From positions 12,308,741 through 12,372,740 of the forward strand of contig OZ037768.1 of the NCBI GenBank assembly GCA_964035545.1: DNA of 64,000 bases, read 5' to 3'. The notes below the pieces were generated by a model. That model saw only the letters and a program-made list of their open reading frames with translations, did no database searches and was not told the origin of the DNA. The position numbers and the translations under genes were made by a program. Of the stretch, positions 23,801 through 37,300 are shown in pieces (position 1 is the first letter of the stretch; each line of letters starts with the position of its first letter). The stretch is from Bugula neritina (Eukaryota > Animalia > Bryozoa).

Positions 23801-26800
23801 CTGCTGAAACTAATATTCTAATTTCCCTGATTGGATATGTCCTTTGACAGAACTAAAAGTTGAAAACATTTTCTTCGACACTTGAAATTAACAGGCAAAC
23901 CAGAAGCTTTAGATATCTTGAGAGTTGAAGTTTTAGTTTTACTTCTGTTTATTTGCAAGTATTTTGTCAGTTTAAACAGAAAATTTTTAGCCACTGACAT
24001 GGGGTGTCTAATTTGATTATTTAATGTTATAAGTTTTGAAATCTTTATTATTATCCACCATTAAAACCAGGTCACAGTTGCGCCTTCCACGAAAACTCAA
24101 TTTTTGGATTATTTATTAGAGTTTTTATTACTGTATTTTTATCTAATATTTGCATTAATATATATATCTATATTTATCTATATGTATCTATATTTATCTA
24201 TATGTATATACATATTTATCTATATGTATCTATGATCTTGGGTTGCCCTGGTTGTGCCCTTCGATATGTTTTTTACAATGCAGTATAATTCACAGGATAA
24301 GACAAAATGTGCCTGTCAGAAGCTGACATACGAGGGCCAACAGTTCCTGCAGCCAACCCTACCTCTGGAGAAGTCAGGGTATCTATACAGGAGACTGGAT
24401 GAGAATATCGTCACAGGGTCTGTAAATCTGCTGTTCTTTATTTATTCCTCTAAGGCTAACCCATTTAGGAGCTGTGGTGGAGAAATTGAGATAGCTTAAG
24501 TTCTTTAGATTTTTTTATAAATTTTGGCTTGGGACACAGGTTAAAATTCTTGCGAGGACATAACTTCTTTTGCTACATTTGTAATCTAGAACACAGGCTT
24601 TTTTCAATTTCTCCATTACTGCATCTACCTCGGCTAATCAATATATAGAAATATAAATATATCATTCATAACTGCCCGGCACATATTTCATTAGCAATCA
24701 TTTCATGCCAGGTGCTGAAAAACATTCTATGTACTGGTATTTGATTTATATATATCATGAGTTTTCCACCTGCTGTTTACCTGCAAATCATGCTCTATAA
24801 TTTAAGTGATTCAACCTCTAAGGTCATTTGAGATATTTTAGTACTTAGCACTTTATAGTGTTCACTTACAGTGTATGTAGTGGGCCACATTTCTCAAGTA
24901 ATGTTTCTGAATGAAATATCTCCCAAAATTATTGGAAAGACATTAATCAAGTTCCAAGGCATGATTGAGATGTGATAGATTGCTGTTTAGCTGTGTGTAG
25001 GAGAGCTTATAACCCCGGGCTCATCATTTAACTTTATAAATCTCTTCCACCACTTGACCATCAATTTCTATTTTATTTATACCTCCATGCCTTTTTACAT
25101 TCCACCTTGCACTTCTCCTTCCTTCCTAAAGATATTCTTATTACTTCAGGCTACAATATGCTGTCAGAAATAATTTATTTTTATAATCTACATATTTATA
25201 AATTTATTTTTGCTGAACATTCTTCAACACTCATTATATAGTTTTGATGTTTAATTATATATCTCATGTTGGTGACCCCAGTACTAGTAGCTGGTACCAG
25301 TTGGTAAGAGCTTCTGAAACCACAGAAGAAGCTAAAATACTAAATGTATTTTTTTTTGTACTTATGTTCTTTGCACGTCCTTTTAACCATAATTTTCTGA
25401 CCATCAAATTATTTTTCTCTGCTTTAAACTTTAAAGTATCTCCTAATTTAACCATTATCTTCTACCAGCCGCACTTTTCATGTCATTATAAAACTTGAGA
25501 TTTACTGGGTTTACATAAAATAATATACATATGCATCAGACAAATCAACTCAACACCACCCACGTGCTACAGGAAGGCAAGTGTCATTGCACACATTATG
25601 TAAAGTGAAATAATGCATGTTGAGGCAGCTTTCATCTCCCTACATTGCCTAATATATTTTTAGAGTGTACAAAACTATATTTTGGTTATAATTAATCGGT
25701 TTTAAACTTTTTATTGATGTAAAAACAGAAGATATTTCATTATATTGCAGGGTGTATGAATGTAATTCCAAGTGCTCATGCCGTCAAACCTGTTTCAATA
25801 GGGTTGTACAGAATTCACTCCGAACTAGACTGCAAATATTCAAAACTGAAAAAAGGTAGCTCTGAATGCATACTAATTATTGCTATGTCTCACCATATAT
25901 TATGCTATGTTAGCTCTCACTTTTTAAATTTATTCAGTGAACAAAGAAAAAATGTTTATATCATTTAATATAAATTCATTATGTTTTGTACATACATTAT
26001 ACTATAATTATTAGTATAATGTTATTCAGAATCTGCCACTCCTTTATTGTATTATTCAGTGGTGTTTGACCGTGTTATTTAAACAAGCATACTATATAGA
26101 GACTGCCTAATGTAATGGCAATTATTTAAACAACTGAGGGACCTCTTTTAGAGATTTACTTTCTCTTGCTGTGATTTTGCTACTAAAATGTGTTGAATAA
26201 CCAAGAGGCTGCAGTCCTCTAGCTATAGTCTAGGGTGGATAAGATATTCAATCTCTCATATTCTATAAATATTAGTGAATGTTGGGGAAACATTTTACCA
26301 ATATCATTGAGTCACAAGCTTAACTTCAAATCTATTTTCTGGAAGGAGATGTCGTTGGGGTCCATCTTTTTGGATAAATGAAACTAATTGAGAACAACAA
26401 TCTAACTGCTATGTTATCAAAACTAGTACATGAGTTCCATCAGCATGTATAGGAAGGGTGGGGGGGGGGGGTGGTGTACAGGCTAATATTGTTTTAGTAT
26501 GCAGCATCAATTTGCTAGCATGTGAGTTTGTGTATATTGTACCACTATATATATTTAAATATGAACATTTTAACTTACTACTGAAATGGAAAACTGTGCT
26601 TAAAGTAAATGATCTATGTAATGGTTCAATGGGTTTATTAAACACAGTTCTTAAAGTGTTGGTGAAAGAACTAATATGTTAATCCCTGTTTAATCCTGGT
26701 ATTTGTGATTGAAGACTCCATCCATAAACGTCACTATTCCAGTGCAATGTTGCTCACTTATATTATCATGTTGATGAACCAAATGTTCCCAAATGATATT

Positions 26801-29800
26801 CTAATATATATTATTGTAAGGCAGGCATACTTTTGGTGGCGTTTGTAGAGGCTGGGGCATTAGATGCTTAGACGATGTACCCAATGGAGGGTTTATTTGT
26901 ATATATGCTGGCCAGTTATTGTCAGAAGAAGGGGCTGACCAGGTACACCATCTGATTCACAGCTGAATTTATCTTTCTATTTCACATACTTTACCTTAGT
27001 GTTTTTAGCTAGAATGGCATGAAGGGGGGACGATTTCAGTCACCCTCAGCTGCAGATTTTAAAAATAATTAAAATGTTTAATAAGTTAGGCCTAGTAAAA
27101 GTGATTCCTGTTGATGGGTGTATAGTTAGTGTATTATATCTACCTGGTGTATAGTTAGTCTCAATGTATTATATCAATCAGTGTACCTGATGTGCAGGGA
27201 GGCAGAGAGTATGGTGACGAGTACTTTGCCGAGTTAGACTTCATTGAGACGTGTGAGAATGTCAAAGAGGGTTACGAAGAGGAAGTGGTTGACCCAGGTG
27301 TCTCATTTGATGACGCTGACAATGAGAAAGACAAGTAAGTTCAGTCAGCTGAATGTGTTTCTGGTTTTTTTTAATATAGAATTTCGAGCTTTTGCAAAAG
27401 AAACCTGAAATAAAAACACTCTGTACGGCAAAGTTTATAATTATAGCGGTTTTCTTGATCAGTGTTTTGTTTACTTCAAGTGACAGTGACTTACATTGTG
27501 ATTAGGCATCTTCTAATCTGATTACCAAATAATTGGAAAATAATTTAAATATACTTGTCTTTTAAAGTTACTTAGCACCAATACAAACTGAAATAATATC
27601 CCAAATATACAGTCAGCACATCTTGCACACTCAGTACTTCATCATCACGCTATAAATTTGTTTTTTTTTTGTTGAAATTTCATGAACACAATCCAAATAT
27701 TGACATGTCAGCTATTTTTGTAACTTTTTCCCGGTGCACAGCTCGATGCCAAAATAATCTGGCGTTGTAGTTCCTAGGTAACCAGCAGAAAATCCTCGTA
27801 AACAGATTTCAATTGGTTTGGATAAAACTCTTAAAAGTTAGAAACCATGAGCTTACCTGTTGCAACTAGGTTGGTACACCCCACCCTATCAAAGTCGTGG
27901 GCGATGCTACAAAGGTTCTTATGCTACATTGCAGCCCTAAAGCCACATCAACCATGTGATTTGTGGTGCAGTCTGTAGCCTAACTAAAATCTTCAGAGTT
28001 AGCTAAAAAGAACTTGGTCATGTTTGCACAACTAACTGTAACCACAACCACGAGCTAATCTCTCTGATTCTTTATAGTTACTTGCAGCTATTTTGTGCCA
28101 TAACTACAGTAGACGGTAGAGTCTAGTGATGGTTAACACATTCAGTATAACACTTTGCTGCTTTTTATTTGAATGTATAATGATCTTGCTATATTGTAAT
28201 CAAGTCAAAGTCTTTTTATAATTTCGAACAAAAAATTCAGGTAATATGACTGTGCCAAATTATGTGCATCAATCAACTGCAATTGTCAAGGTGATTGAAC
28301 ATGATAAATTTAGCATCTCCAATGCCGCTCTTCCAACTTTGAGCGATATTAGGTTTACATTGCAAAGTATTTTATCTTTTTGTTATCTTGCATCAGTTAA
28401 TTACTAATAAAAGAGTGATTTGCATGTTTGAAGTTTTTAAAAAGTATAAGTAATGTAATATGAGCTTGATTTTGTTATTTATATCCAACAGCTAGTTTAT
28501 AGAACTTTCATAAAAACAATATTATGTAATTTTTGAAGGCCTACGTTTAGTGTTGTGTTCGCAGGTCTGACTCAGACTGGCAAGGCAGCAGCTCAGGCAG
28601 TGAGGCTGACAGCGCTCTTTCCTCTAACAAAGACCTCCGTTCCAAATCCAAGAGGAAAGCGGGGCTGAACTCATCTTCTACCAAGTCCACTTTTCCTTCA
28701 GCTGCTGGTCGACAGAATGCTGACGGAGACAAGTTAGACGATTCTGCTGCCGCCACTGCTGAACCCAAGCAAGGTCCTCCCACTGCTAGTGAGAAAAGTG
28801 AGGAAAATGTCCAGTTTTGTTGTTCTCCGGTAATATTCTCACCAAGTGTGTCGGAGATGGATGTATGCCAATTTTTGTGACATGATTATGCCGTTCTGGC
28901 GTAATATTTATAGGTATCCATTCTGATGCATCTTACATTCTGAAGCAATGAAAAGCCTTTTTGTTTCCTGATTATTAATTATCCTATGACTCATTCTCAA
29001 GTTTTTATGTCAAAGGCTTTGTGAGACTTGAGATTTGAAGTACAGCTGTTGGTGCCTGCATGTGCTTGCTGTGGTATGCTTGCCTCTTGCAACAAATCAA
29101 CTACAGGAGGAATCTTTCTTGGGTTTAATTGCTGTCAGATATGTTTTACATCTGCATGGAGAGATCTAGCTGCTGTTGAGACATCATTGTCTTGATTTCC
29201 TTCATCTCAACGTATATATATATATATCGCTGCATTTCCATAACTATTATGCAAATGGATGCTTGTGCAGAGGGATTTCTGGTTGCGATTTGTATTAACT
29301 TATGGTTGTGGTTTCATTCGATGCAACTGTTTCTAGAAACGAAAAATGAAAAATCCATTAGCATAATGTGAAGCTTGGAACTGTGTTCCATTCAGCTGTA
29401 AGTCTCTTAGTTTATCTGTTGCACTAGAGTAGTTGTGTCATCGTGCCTATCTAATAGTGTGTGTGATGTAGGAACAATACCAGAAACAACGGCAGCTACA
29501 GATATTATGTAATTTCTCCTCATGAAGCCATAAGTTTTATAAACACAGATTTGGATTTCCTAGAAGATTGGTGTCAGTTCTTAGCAAATAGTCCTGGATA
29601 TCTTCTTTTATGCATTACTACTCCAACTCAATACAAACCACTGGAATCTCACCAACTAATAGAAAAATTACTGTAGGCCTACCTTACTCAGCAGGTTTTA
29701 GCCTATTAGCCTGATACGAATATCTCTTTAATGTGCCAGAAAAACGGAATACCACAGGTCCTGTATAAAATATGAAGACACGAAATCATGTATCTATATA

Positions 29801-32800
29801 TATAATATATAAATATAATTTATATATATAAATATAGTTTTAATTGATTGCAGCGCGTGCAGGTGTTCATTTTGCTAATCATTATTTTTCTGAATGTTAA
29901 TTTCGGATATATTGATTATAATTTATATGTTTTACCTGGAATTTTGTCAAAACATATATCCTAATAAAAGTGCAGGTTGCACCTTGTGGTGGTGTATCTA
30001 TCTCCACTCTGTGCTGTACACTCTGTTTGTGGTGGTCTATGGTGTGTTTAAATGTAAGATTGAGTAACAGCTGATTAAGTGCGCTTGTGGTGTAATGTAA
30101 TTTAGCTGATCATTTCATATCTCTCTCCCCTTCTCCCCCTCTCTCCCCTTCTCCCCCTCTCTCCCCCTCTCTCCCTCCCTCTCTCTCTCCCTCTCTCCCT
30201 CTCTCTCCCCTCTCTCCCTCCCCCTCTCCCTCTCCCCCTCTCCCCCTCTCTCCCTTTCTCCCTCTCTCTCTCCCTCTCTCCCTCTCTCTCCCCTCTCTCC
30301 CTCCCTCTCTCTCTCCCTCTCTCCCTCTCTCTCCCCTCTCTCCCTCCCCCTCTCCCTCTCCCCCTCTCTCTCCCTCTCTCTCCCTCTCTCTCCCCCCTCT
30401 CTCCCCCCTCTCTCCCTCCTTCTCTCCCTCTCTCCCTCTCTCCCCCCTCTCTCCCTCTCCCTCTCCCCTCTCTTTCCCCCTCTCTTTCCCCTTCTCTTTC
30501 CCCCCCTCTCTCTCCCTCTCCCTCTCCCCCTCTCCCTCTCCCTCTCCCTCTCCCTCTCCCCCTCTCTCTCTCCCTCTCTCCCTCTCTCCCTCTCTCTCCC
30601 CCCTCTCTCCCCCCTCTCTCCCTCCTTCTCTCCCTCTCTCTCTCTCTCCCTCTCTCCCTCTCTCTCCCCTCTCTCCCTCCTCCTCTCCCCTTCTTTCCCC
30701 CTCTCTTTCCCCCTCTCCCTCTCTCCCTCTCCCCCTCCTCCTCTCCCTCTCCCCCTCTCCCTCTCCCCCTCTCCCTCTCCCCCTCTCCCTCTCCCCCTCT
30801 CCCTCTCCCGCTCCCCCTCTCTCTCTCCCTCTCTCCCTATCTCCCTCTCTCTCCCCCCTCTCTCCCTCCTTCTCTCCCTCTCTCCCTCTCTCTCCCCTCT
30901 CTCTCCCCTCTCTCTCCCCTCTCCCCCTCTCTCTCCCCTCTCTCTCCCCTCCCTCCCTCCCCCTCTCCCCCTCTCTCTCCCTCTCTCCCTCTCTCTCCCC
31001 TCTCTCCCTCCCTCTCTCCCTCTCTCCCTCTCTCCCTCTCTCCCTCTCTCCCTCTCTCTCCCTCTCTCCCCCCTCTCCCCTCTCTCCCCCTCTCTTTCCC
31101 CCTCTCTTTCCCTTCTGCCAACTATTGTCACTGACCTGTCTCTTACTTAAATGCTATCGCCTAGCTCCTGAAGGACTGGGTAAAGCTAGCTGACAGTGGA
31201 GATATTTCTCTGCCTGCGCTCTTATACTTTCATACATCACAACGCTTATCTGGAAGGAGACATTAGTACATACGTTATGTGCTTATCCACTCGTTAAATT
31301 ATACTTACAGAGCCACCAATGAAATCGATTCGCTCATATTTTGATGAAGATCTGCCGTACGTGATGGACGCCAAGACAAGCGGTAACCTTGGAAGATATC
31401 TCAATGTATGTAACAGTGTTGAATGCTTTTAGATTCTAATTGTTGTGATTTGATTTGTTAACTAGCGCAATGACTAATATTTCAACAGCTTAGATGTTCT
31501 ATGGTGACTAAGCAAAATTAATGATGTGCCTAAAATCTGTCTTTTGCTGGTTCAATCAATACATAAATGGAGAGGTGGAATTACAGTTGAATAATATATA
31601 ACTTCATTACAATTATAATATTTTACTGATAGGGTAAACCTTTTGCCTCGTATGAACATACTTAAGAATGATGTTGATATGTTACTCTCCTCTCAAGAGA
31701 ACATGTTTTACTCTATCCATAAAGTTTTCTATCAACTGAATGTTGAATTAAGTAATAGTTTTATCTTTCAATGAACTTCCTTCAATACCAAAGCTGAAAA
31801 ACTATTTTTGCTTCTTGTTCGTTGATGATTTCTCCGCCCTCATTACCATTGTACCCTCCTACACACCACATCTAAAGGCTCTAAATTTTATATTATTTGG
31901 TCATCAATTATGTGGGCACTGTGATGGTTATTGTATGATTAATATGAATAATAATCTTATCACCTTGGTTTGACAGTACAGCACTTGGTGATGAATATTA
32001 ACATAAGTCATAGGAGTATTTATTTTAGAATTTATATTCCTTTGAAAGTCTTCAGGTTAATTAAATTTAACCAAATTTGAAGCGGATTTGTGAACAGGAA
32101 ATCCATGTCTAGACAGTAGCTGACGCGTGCCTAGCGTCTTATACAGCAGCTTCTGCTACTTGAAAATCACATTCTTCATAAATCTTGACTTAAATAAAAG
32201 AAAGAGACTTTTTTATATCTGTCTAATTTTTTGCACTAGCAGTTGGAGTAATAGAGTAATGTTTTTCTATTTTAACTTACTGTAAGCTCTAGTTTTTAAA
32301 GGTTTTAGTAAAAAATTTAAGCTAATATCTTTTTGAGAATGCCAAAACTAAAAAGGAATGATTGCTTCCTATAAAGTTATATTGGAATCAACTGGTTTTC
32401 TAAATCATTAGTGACGATTATTTATTAACAAAGTGGAACTGCATGTAACCCATGAATGAAATATTCATCAGTTTCCTTTTCTGTTTGTAGCACAGCTGTG
32501 ATCCTAATGTCTTTGTGCAGAATGTATTCGTGGACACGCATGACCCAAGGTTTCCATGGATTGCTTTCTTTGCCAACACGTATGTATGCTCTCTCAAGCA
32601 ATTGCTCACAGCTCTATATCCTAGCTATGCTAAGTTAACTAAACAACTTGTTTGCCAGATAAGTTTTTTAGCTGACAGTTTTTTCATAACATATTAATGT
32701 CCTAAGAAGCTTTTGTTAAGTCTTTATTGTACTAGCAACATATTGTTACTGTATTCTGAAGATGACATAAGTCTTTGTTGGAACAAAAGATATATAAACA

Positions 32801-33223
32801 AAAATGAGGTAGCAAAATATATCTATTACAGTTTTTGTCTTAAAACTTGTCACACCAAAATATTATTTATTCTCCGTTTGAAACATTCTCATTTTGATGA
32901 AACTTTTGGCTGTGTTATAGTTATAGTGGCTATTCTGTCTTATGGAAGAATATATAGTATGTTTGTAAGAGTGTTTGGTTGTAAACCAGTGGACCGGGCT
33001 ATGAGCAAAGTGCTAATATGTTTATGGAATTTATTTCACAAGAAATGTTGTTTTTTGACCTTTTGATGAGTCATCTTAATTTTTAAAGTGTCAATTTGTT
33101 TTTAGGTTCATCCGGGCTGGGTCAGAGTTAACATGGGATTATGGGTATCAACCCGGAATAGTAGAGGGCAAAGTGATGTACTGCTATTGTGGCTCTAGTA
33201 ACTGTAGAGGGAGGTTATTGTAA
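11900..33223 (+). CDS. SETDB1: Histone H3K9 methyltransferase SETDB1/eggless (Tudor, MBD, pre-SET, bifurcated SET, post-SET), about 997 aa
   Basis: 23 phase-consistent exons: 11900-12239, 12422-12521, 12646-12889, 13734-13839, 13970-14051, 14326-14399, 14569-14642, 15013-15167, 15388-15518, 16559-16609, 16947-17036, 17327-17389, 17878-17980, 18333-18534, 19061-19246, 24296-24417, 25751-25855, 26849-26942, 27198-27334, 28565-28797 (donor uncertain), 31311-31405, 32491-32579, 33106-33223. Motifs: [106 protein letters not shown]. Confidence 0.96.
16701..16933. repeat. Diverged direct duplication (about 105-110 bp x2) in a SETDB1 intron
   Basis: GAAAACTTCTCTCAC(T/G)TAACAAAGATACAATAATC...TTGCTTCATATTTT starts at both 16701 and 16832. 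Confidence 0.85.
20740..21124. mobile_element. Near-palindromic (foldback/MITE-like) element in SETDB1 intron 15
   Basis: 20751-20828 is the near-exact reverse complement of 21037-21115, and weaker symmetry continues inward to a central spacer near 20900-20950. No clear TSD. Confidence 0.72.
24157..24233. repeat. 10/20-bp AT-rich minisatellite (TATATTTATC/TATATGTATC)
   Basis: Read directly from the sequence. Confidence 0.85.
30120..31115. repeat. About 1 kb C/T-only low-complexity tract
   Basis: Nearly pure polypyrimidine on the + strand. It is the source of the spurious Arg/Glu/Gly ORFs on the - strand. Confidence 0.95.
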
Positions 33224-33903
33224 TTATTACATCATTACGTCTTCTCCTTCAACTCTTGGAAGACTGGAGGTAGATAAATTACTCTGCAGAAGAGCACTGT
33301 TCTGGCAGAAAGTGATTTGTGTATGTTGGTAGGGTGTTGACATCACTCAGTGTGCTTATAGATCTAAATAACCTAGACATGGGCACACACCTAAACAACA
33401 CTCTCTGGTAATCCTTCCATCTCCTCAGGATTATCTTCATAAGCGAAGCAGAATCTGATAGATAATCTGTTACTCAGTGCTAACTACTAATTACCATACG
33501 CCATCAGAATTAGTGCTAGGGTTTGGGGTATTGCAGGGTGACTTCTCACCTCGTAAGTAGTTGAGACTTGTATACCGTAGTATAGTAGTATACAGTATAT
33601 GTTTATATTGTTGCATCCATAGCTTGTTGTATATACTACGATAATTACTTATTTTGTAAATATTCTCAGAATAATTCTTCTTTTACACGGGGTGTTCCTC
33701 TAGTCAGTGTGAATTGCCAGTCCATATTGCTCTCTTCTGTGTGCTACTTAGTACAGATTTGGTTCATGTCTAGACTATTGATCTTTCATTTTCGGAGCCA
33801 TAATAATATAAACTATATATACATTATGCATGCTATGTCGGCTTTTAAGTACTGTTTTTACTTCAGTATTTAATATATATGATGTAAATTTTGTGTACAT
33901 ATG

Positions 33904-33945
33904 AATAAAAATCTGCCATGTAATTTTACTTATATACTAAATAAA
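33904..33945 (+). terminator. Candidate SETDB1 polyadenylation signals
   Basis: AATAAA at 33904-33909 and 33940-33945, about 700 nt after the stop and before the next gene. Confidence 0.5.
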
Positions 33946-34353
33946 GAGAAACAATACAAGGTGTATCTAAAGCAATTTGCATATTGTAAACCGCATTGCC
34001 ACGCCTTCCCAATGTTACCTCTGTAATTAATTAACCTATCTGATATATTTCATCGATGTAAGTTCTCTGCCAAGTTTTACTTCCACTCAAACCCTTGCGT
34101 TCAGTCAACCAAACAGTCTTCATGATGAGATAATGGTAATATCTAGCCTCAGTTGAATATCGCCTTTTCTGTTGCCATGGTGATTATCATTTGACGTTTT
34201 AGTCTAATTTACTTGGAGTAACTGGCTTCACACGGCTGGTCCGTTTCTCTCGAGAAAGGTTGTTGTTGTTACACTTATTTTGGGGTATAATAAACAACAT
34301 GGATTTATAGCACACATGTAGATGAGTGAATAGATTGAAACTAAACAAAACCT

Positions 34354-37300
34354 ATGGCTAACAATTACTCTGCCAACAGTGAGGAGGGCCAGTAAGTTGC
34401 ATTTTTATTGTGATTTTTATTTTGCTTTTTGGTGAATCGCATAAGATTGCAGCTGCTGTTTCTTGTGAGTAATATTTGTGCAGTTACAGTTCCTTCAGCA
34501 CCCACTTGGTTTTACTAGTTCTGTTCACCTGGATACATTTTTTATGTAAGTGACTAACAATAATGAGCTTTGAACGACTTCTCCTAGTTACTTTTCATGT
34601 CTTAATCAGCATTTTAGATGGAAAGTTTTTGCTTCATTAAATTCTCATAAAGCAAGATAATGTATGACAAGTTTTTCAAAATGGCTTTCTGTACAATTTT
34701 TCAAGCAAATAGTTGCTAATACAATACCTGGATGAATTTTTATTTGTTGATAAAATTGAATAGATGATAATGTATCTGTTGAACTAGCCCACTACTCCTG
34801 GGATTTTGGAAGTTGAAAAATACTTTCCTTCAGTTATGTATTCTCTTGGAACATAGTGTGCATTTTGTGTATTTTTAAAGAAAACTTCAGCTCAATAGCT
34901 TTAGAGACCTAAATCTAATGTTTTTCAGACAAATCAAAGTTAAATGTTGAAGTATAAGCACTTCTTGTGCCTTCAACTTCACTAGAATCTAAATTCTAAG
35001 CCAATTGACAATGGCAAATTTGTACGTATCAATTTGAAACAGTCATACAAAGTGTTTTTCAACTACCAATGCTTAGCAATGGAAATTTATTTTGCCAGTT
35101 TTGTATCCTCCAAGACAATTAATGTACAAATAGCATTGATGAGATATTTTTTCTATTCTCTTTAGGGTTCCATCTCTTTATAAGTAGAGAAGTAGAGGTG
35201 ACGTGTTATCCTACTTATCAGAATAAATCTTCTAAAACTTAGATTAATATGCAATAAGCAGTGGCTGATTAGTGTTGGCTGTAGTATGGCTTTTCTTAAC
35301 CTGCCACATCTGGTTAAATTATCAGACTAACTTATGGAAATGTGGAAAACTCTGGTCCCAGAATTATTTCCCAGACTCGCCAGTATAGTATTTAGCCAGT
35401 AAGAGGTGTCACTCATGCAATGATGACTCAAACATTTTTGCAAAGAAAAGTTATGAGTGACCTTTTCTTTTCACAAAACTCATTACCATTTATTAGCAAA
35501 ACATCGTATTGCTCCATTGTTATTATAAACATTAATTATACATGTTATACTTGTATAAAAATTCAAAACTGATACTATTTTCTTTGAAAATTCATTATAA
35601 TACCAAATATAAATTAAATTTAAACTGTTGACTACTGTAAATAGCTAAAGACATGGCTTTTGGTTAATGACATTACTTGTTATTTATAAGTTTGTGTTGT
35701 GTTTCAGGGGGCAAAACTACAACAGCTGGGCGAGACCAAGCTTGTTGAATGTGTTTGATTTGCCTCGAATGTCACGGACATCTAGTGAGGAGTATCTGCA
35801 AGGATATGACCAGAACAATGGTGAAAGGTGAGAGAGGTCAACTAGAATGGTTATCATTACTTATAGGCAGTATTAGTCTCCCTAAAACTGGTGCAGGTTT
35901 GACTTATCTAGTTGGCAAGTGACATAAATCAGCTGGGGATGCTTGTTGAAGTGTGTTAAGTGAACTGGGGATTATTTTTCCCATTTAGATCCGTATAGTG
36001 TGATATCATCAGTGTTGTGTTACGTGACTTAATGGAGCTCCTTAGTACCACTTAGCAATTGGGTACCGAGTGTGCTGTGGGAGGCTATAAGGTTGGTGGT
36101 GGCACACACCTGGTAAGGTGTCGGGTTATTCAGCAAGTATGTGGGCAGTCTTCTAGTCTGCAAATTCTGTCTTGTCATGCCTAATAAATATTGCAGTGTG
36201 CAGTATTGGAAATATGCAAAGTAGCAAATCATGTTGTCAAAGCTTGATCAGTTTCAGAATGTTTATTCTCACTGGTGGTAGGGCTTCTCTTTGGAATTTC
36301 ACAATATTGTTGTTATAAATAATACATCTTTAGTTTCTCTTTAGCTTCCACCATATTTATAAGCCATAACAGTTCAGTTGAATCTGCGAGTGTACTCTGT
36401 TAATTATCTTATGGTGTTTGGCCAACTTTTCGTCAAATATAAATTTGTTGATGAAAATAATAGATCTTATAATTAGATTTATATTAATTTCTAGTAACGA
36501 GTTTAGTGTAAATTTGGAAATTTAGAAGTGTTTTAGCTTAGCTCGCATTTGTGATAGTGTGTAGTGTTTGCTTTTTATTAGGTATCCAGCGATGTTCTAT
36601 TATGCATCATATTGTCAAGAGTCCTATTGCAAAATTTTTTAACTGATCAAAAATAATTATTTTCATAGATTACAATACACTACATTAAATTAAAACTAAT
36701 TTAGCAAAATATACTTTTTAAATTTTATTTAAATTTGTCAAATGAAAGTTATAAAGGTAAAGTTTTTTTTGTAAGTTTGCCAGTTTTTAATATAGAAAAT
36801 TGAGATCATGCACTATATACATGTACATGTAACTGCTGGTCTATAAATTTGAGATCTCTTGCCGATTTATCCTTGATCTAAACAAATATAAGTTCATATA
36901 TAAAATAATGAATGTTTTGGTTAATTGTAGAGAAAGTGTAGCGAGCAGTTATGTTGACGAAGATGATAGCGACACAACATCCTGTAACGACGATGATCCA
37001 ATCAGTTACAACGACTACATGACATCACGAAGGTCATCTGAGTTCACTAACGGCACATACACAAGCGGAGGTCGCCAGAGTGTGGACTTTGTTGACCCTG
37101 AGATGTATGATAGTCTAGACCAAAAGTGAGTCGAATATAAAAGTTCACAGTTCTGTGTGCATTTCATTTATCTCACGCAAGCACAAGCGTGATTACTTGG
37201 CTCGCTGGTGCCTGTGGCCGCTGAACTAGTGCCAATTTAAGAGTTGGATTCTGTGGCTAGGTATAGAAAGAATGATTTGGCATGTTGACTGTAAAGTATT

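Noticed and set aside
21800-24000. Possible decayed transposase on the minus strand in SETDB1 intron 15 (fragments such as FKCRRKCFQ)
   Set aside because: Short stop-ridden fragments, with no catalytic motif or termini that I can support.
26456-26474. G12 run as a G-quadruplex element
   Set aside because: Isolated intronic homopolymer with no other support.
29472-29508. Possible extra SETDB1 exon
   Set aside because: No phase combination gave a stop-free join to the 31311 exon.
30115-31131. 338-aa Arg/Glu/Gly ORF
   Set aside because: Translation of the CT tract inside a SETDB1 intron.
1-33223. Functional link between the retrotransposon and the neighbouring silencer SETDB1, or among the four host genes
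   Set aside because: Proximity alone. Nothing in the sequence indicates a co-functional cluster.
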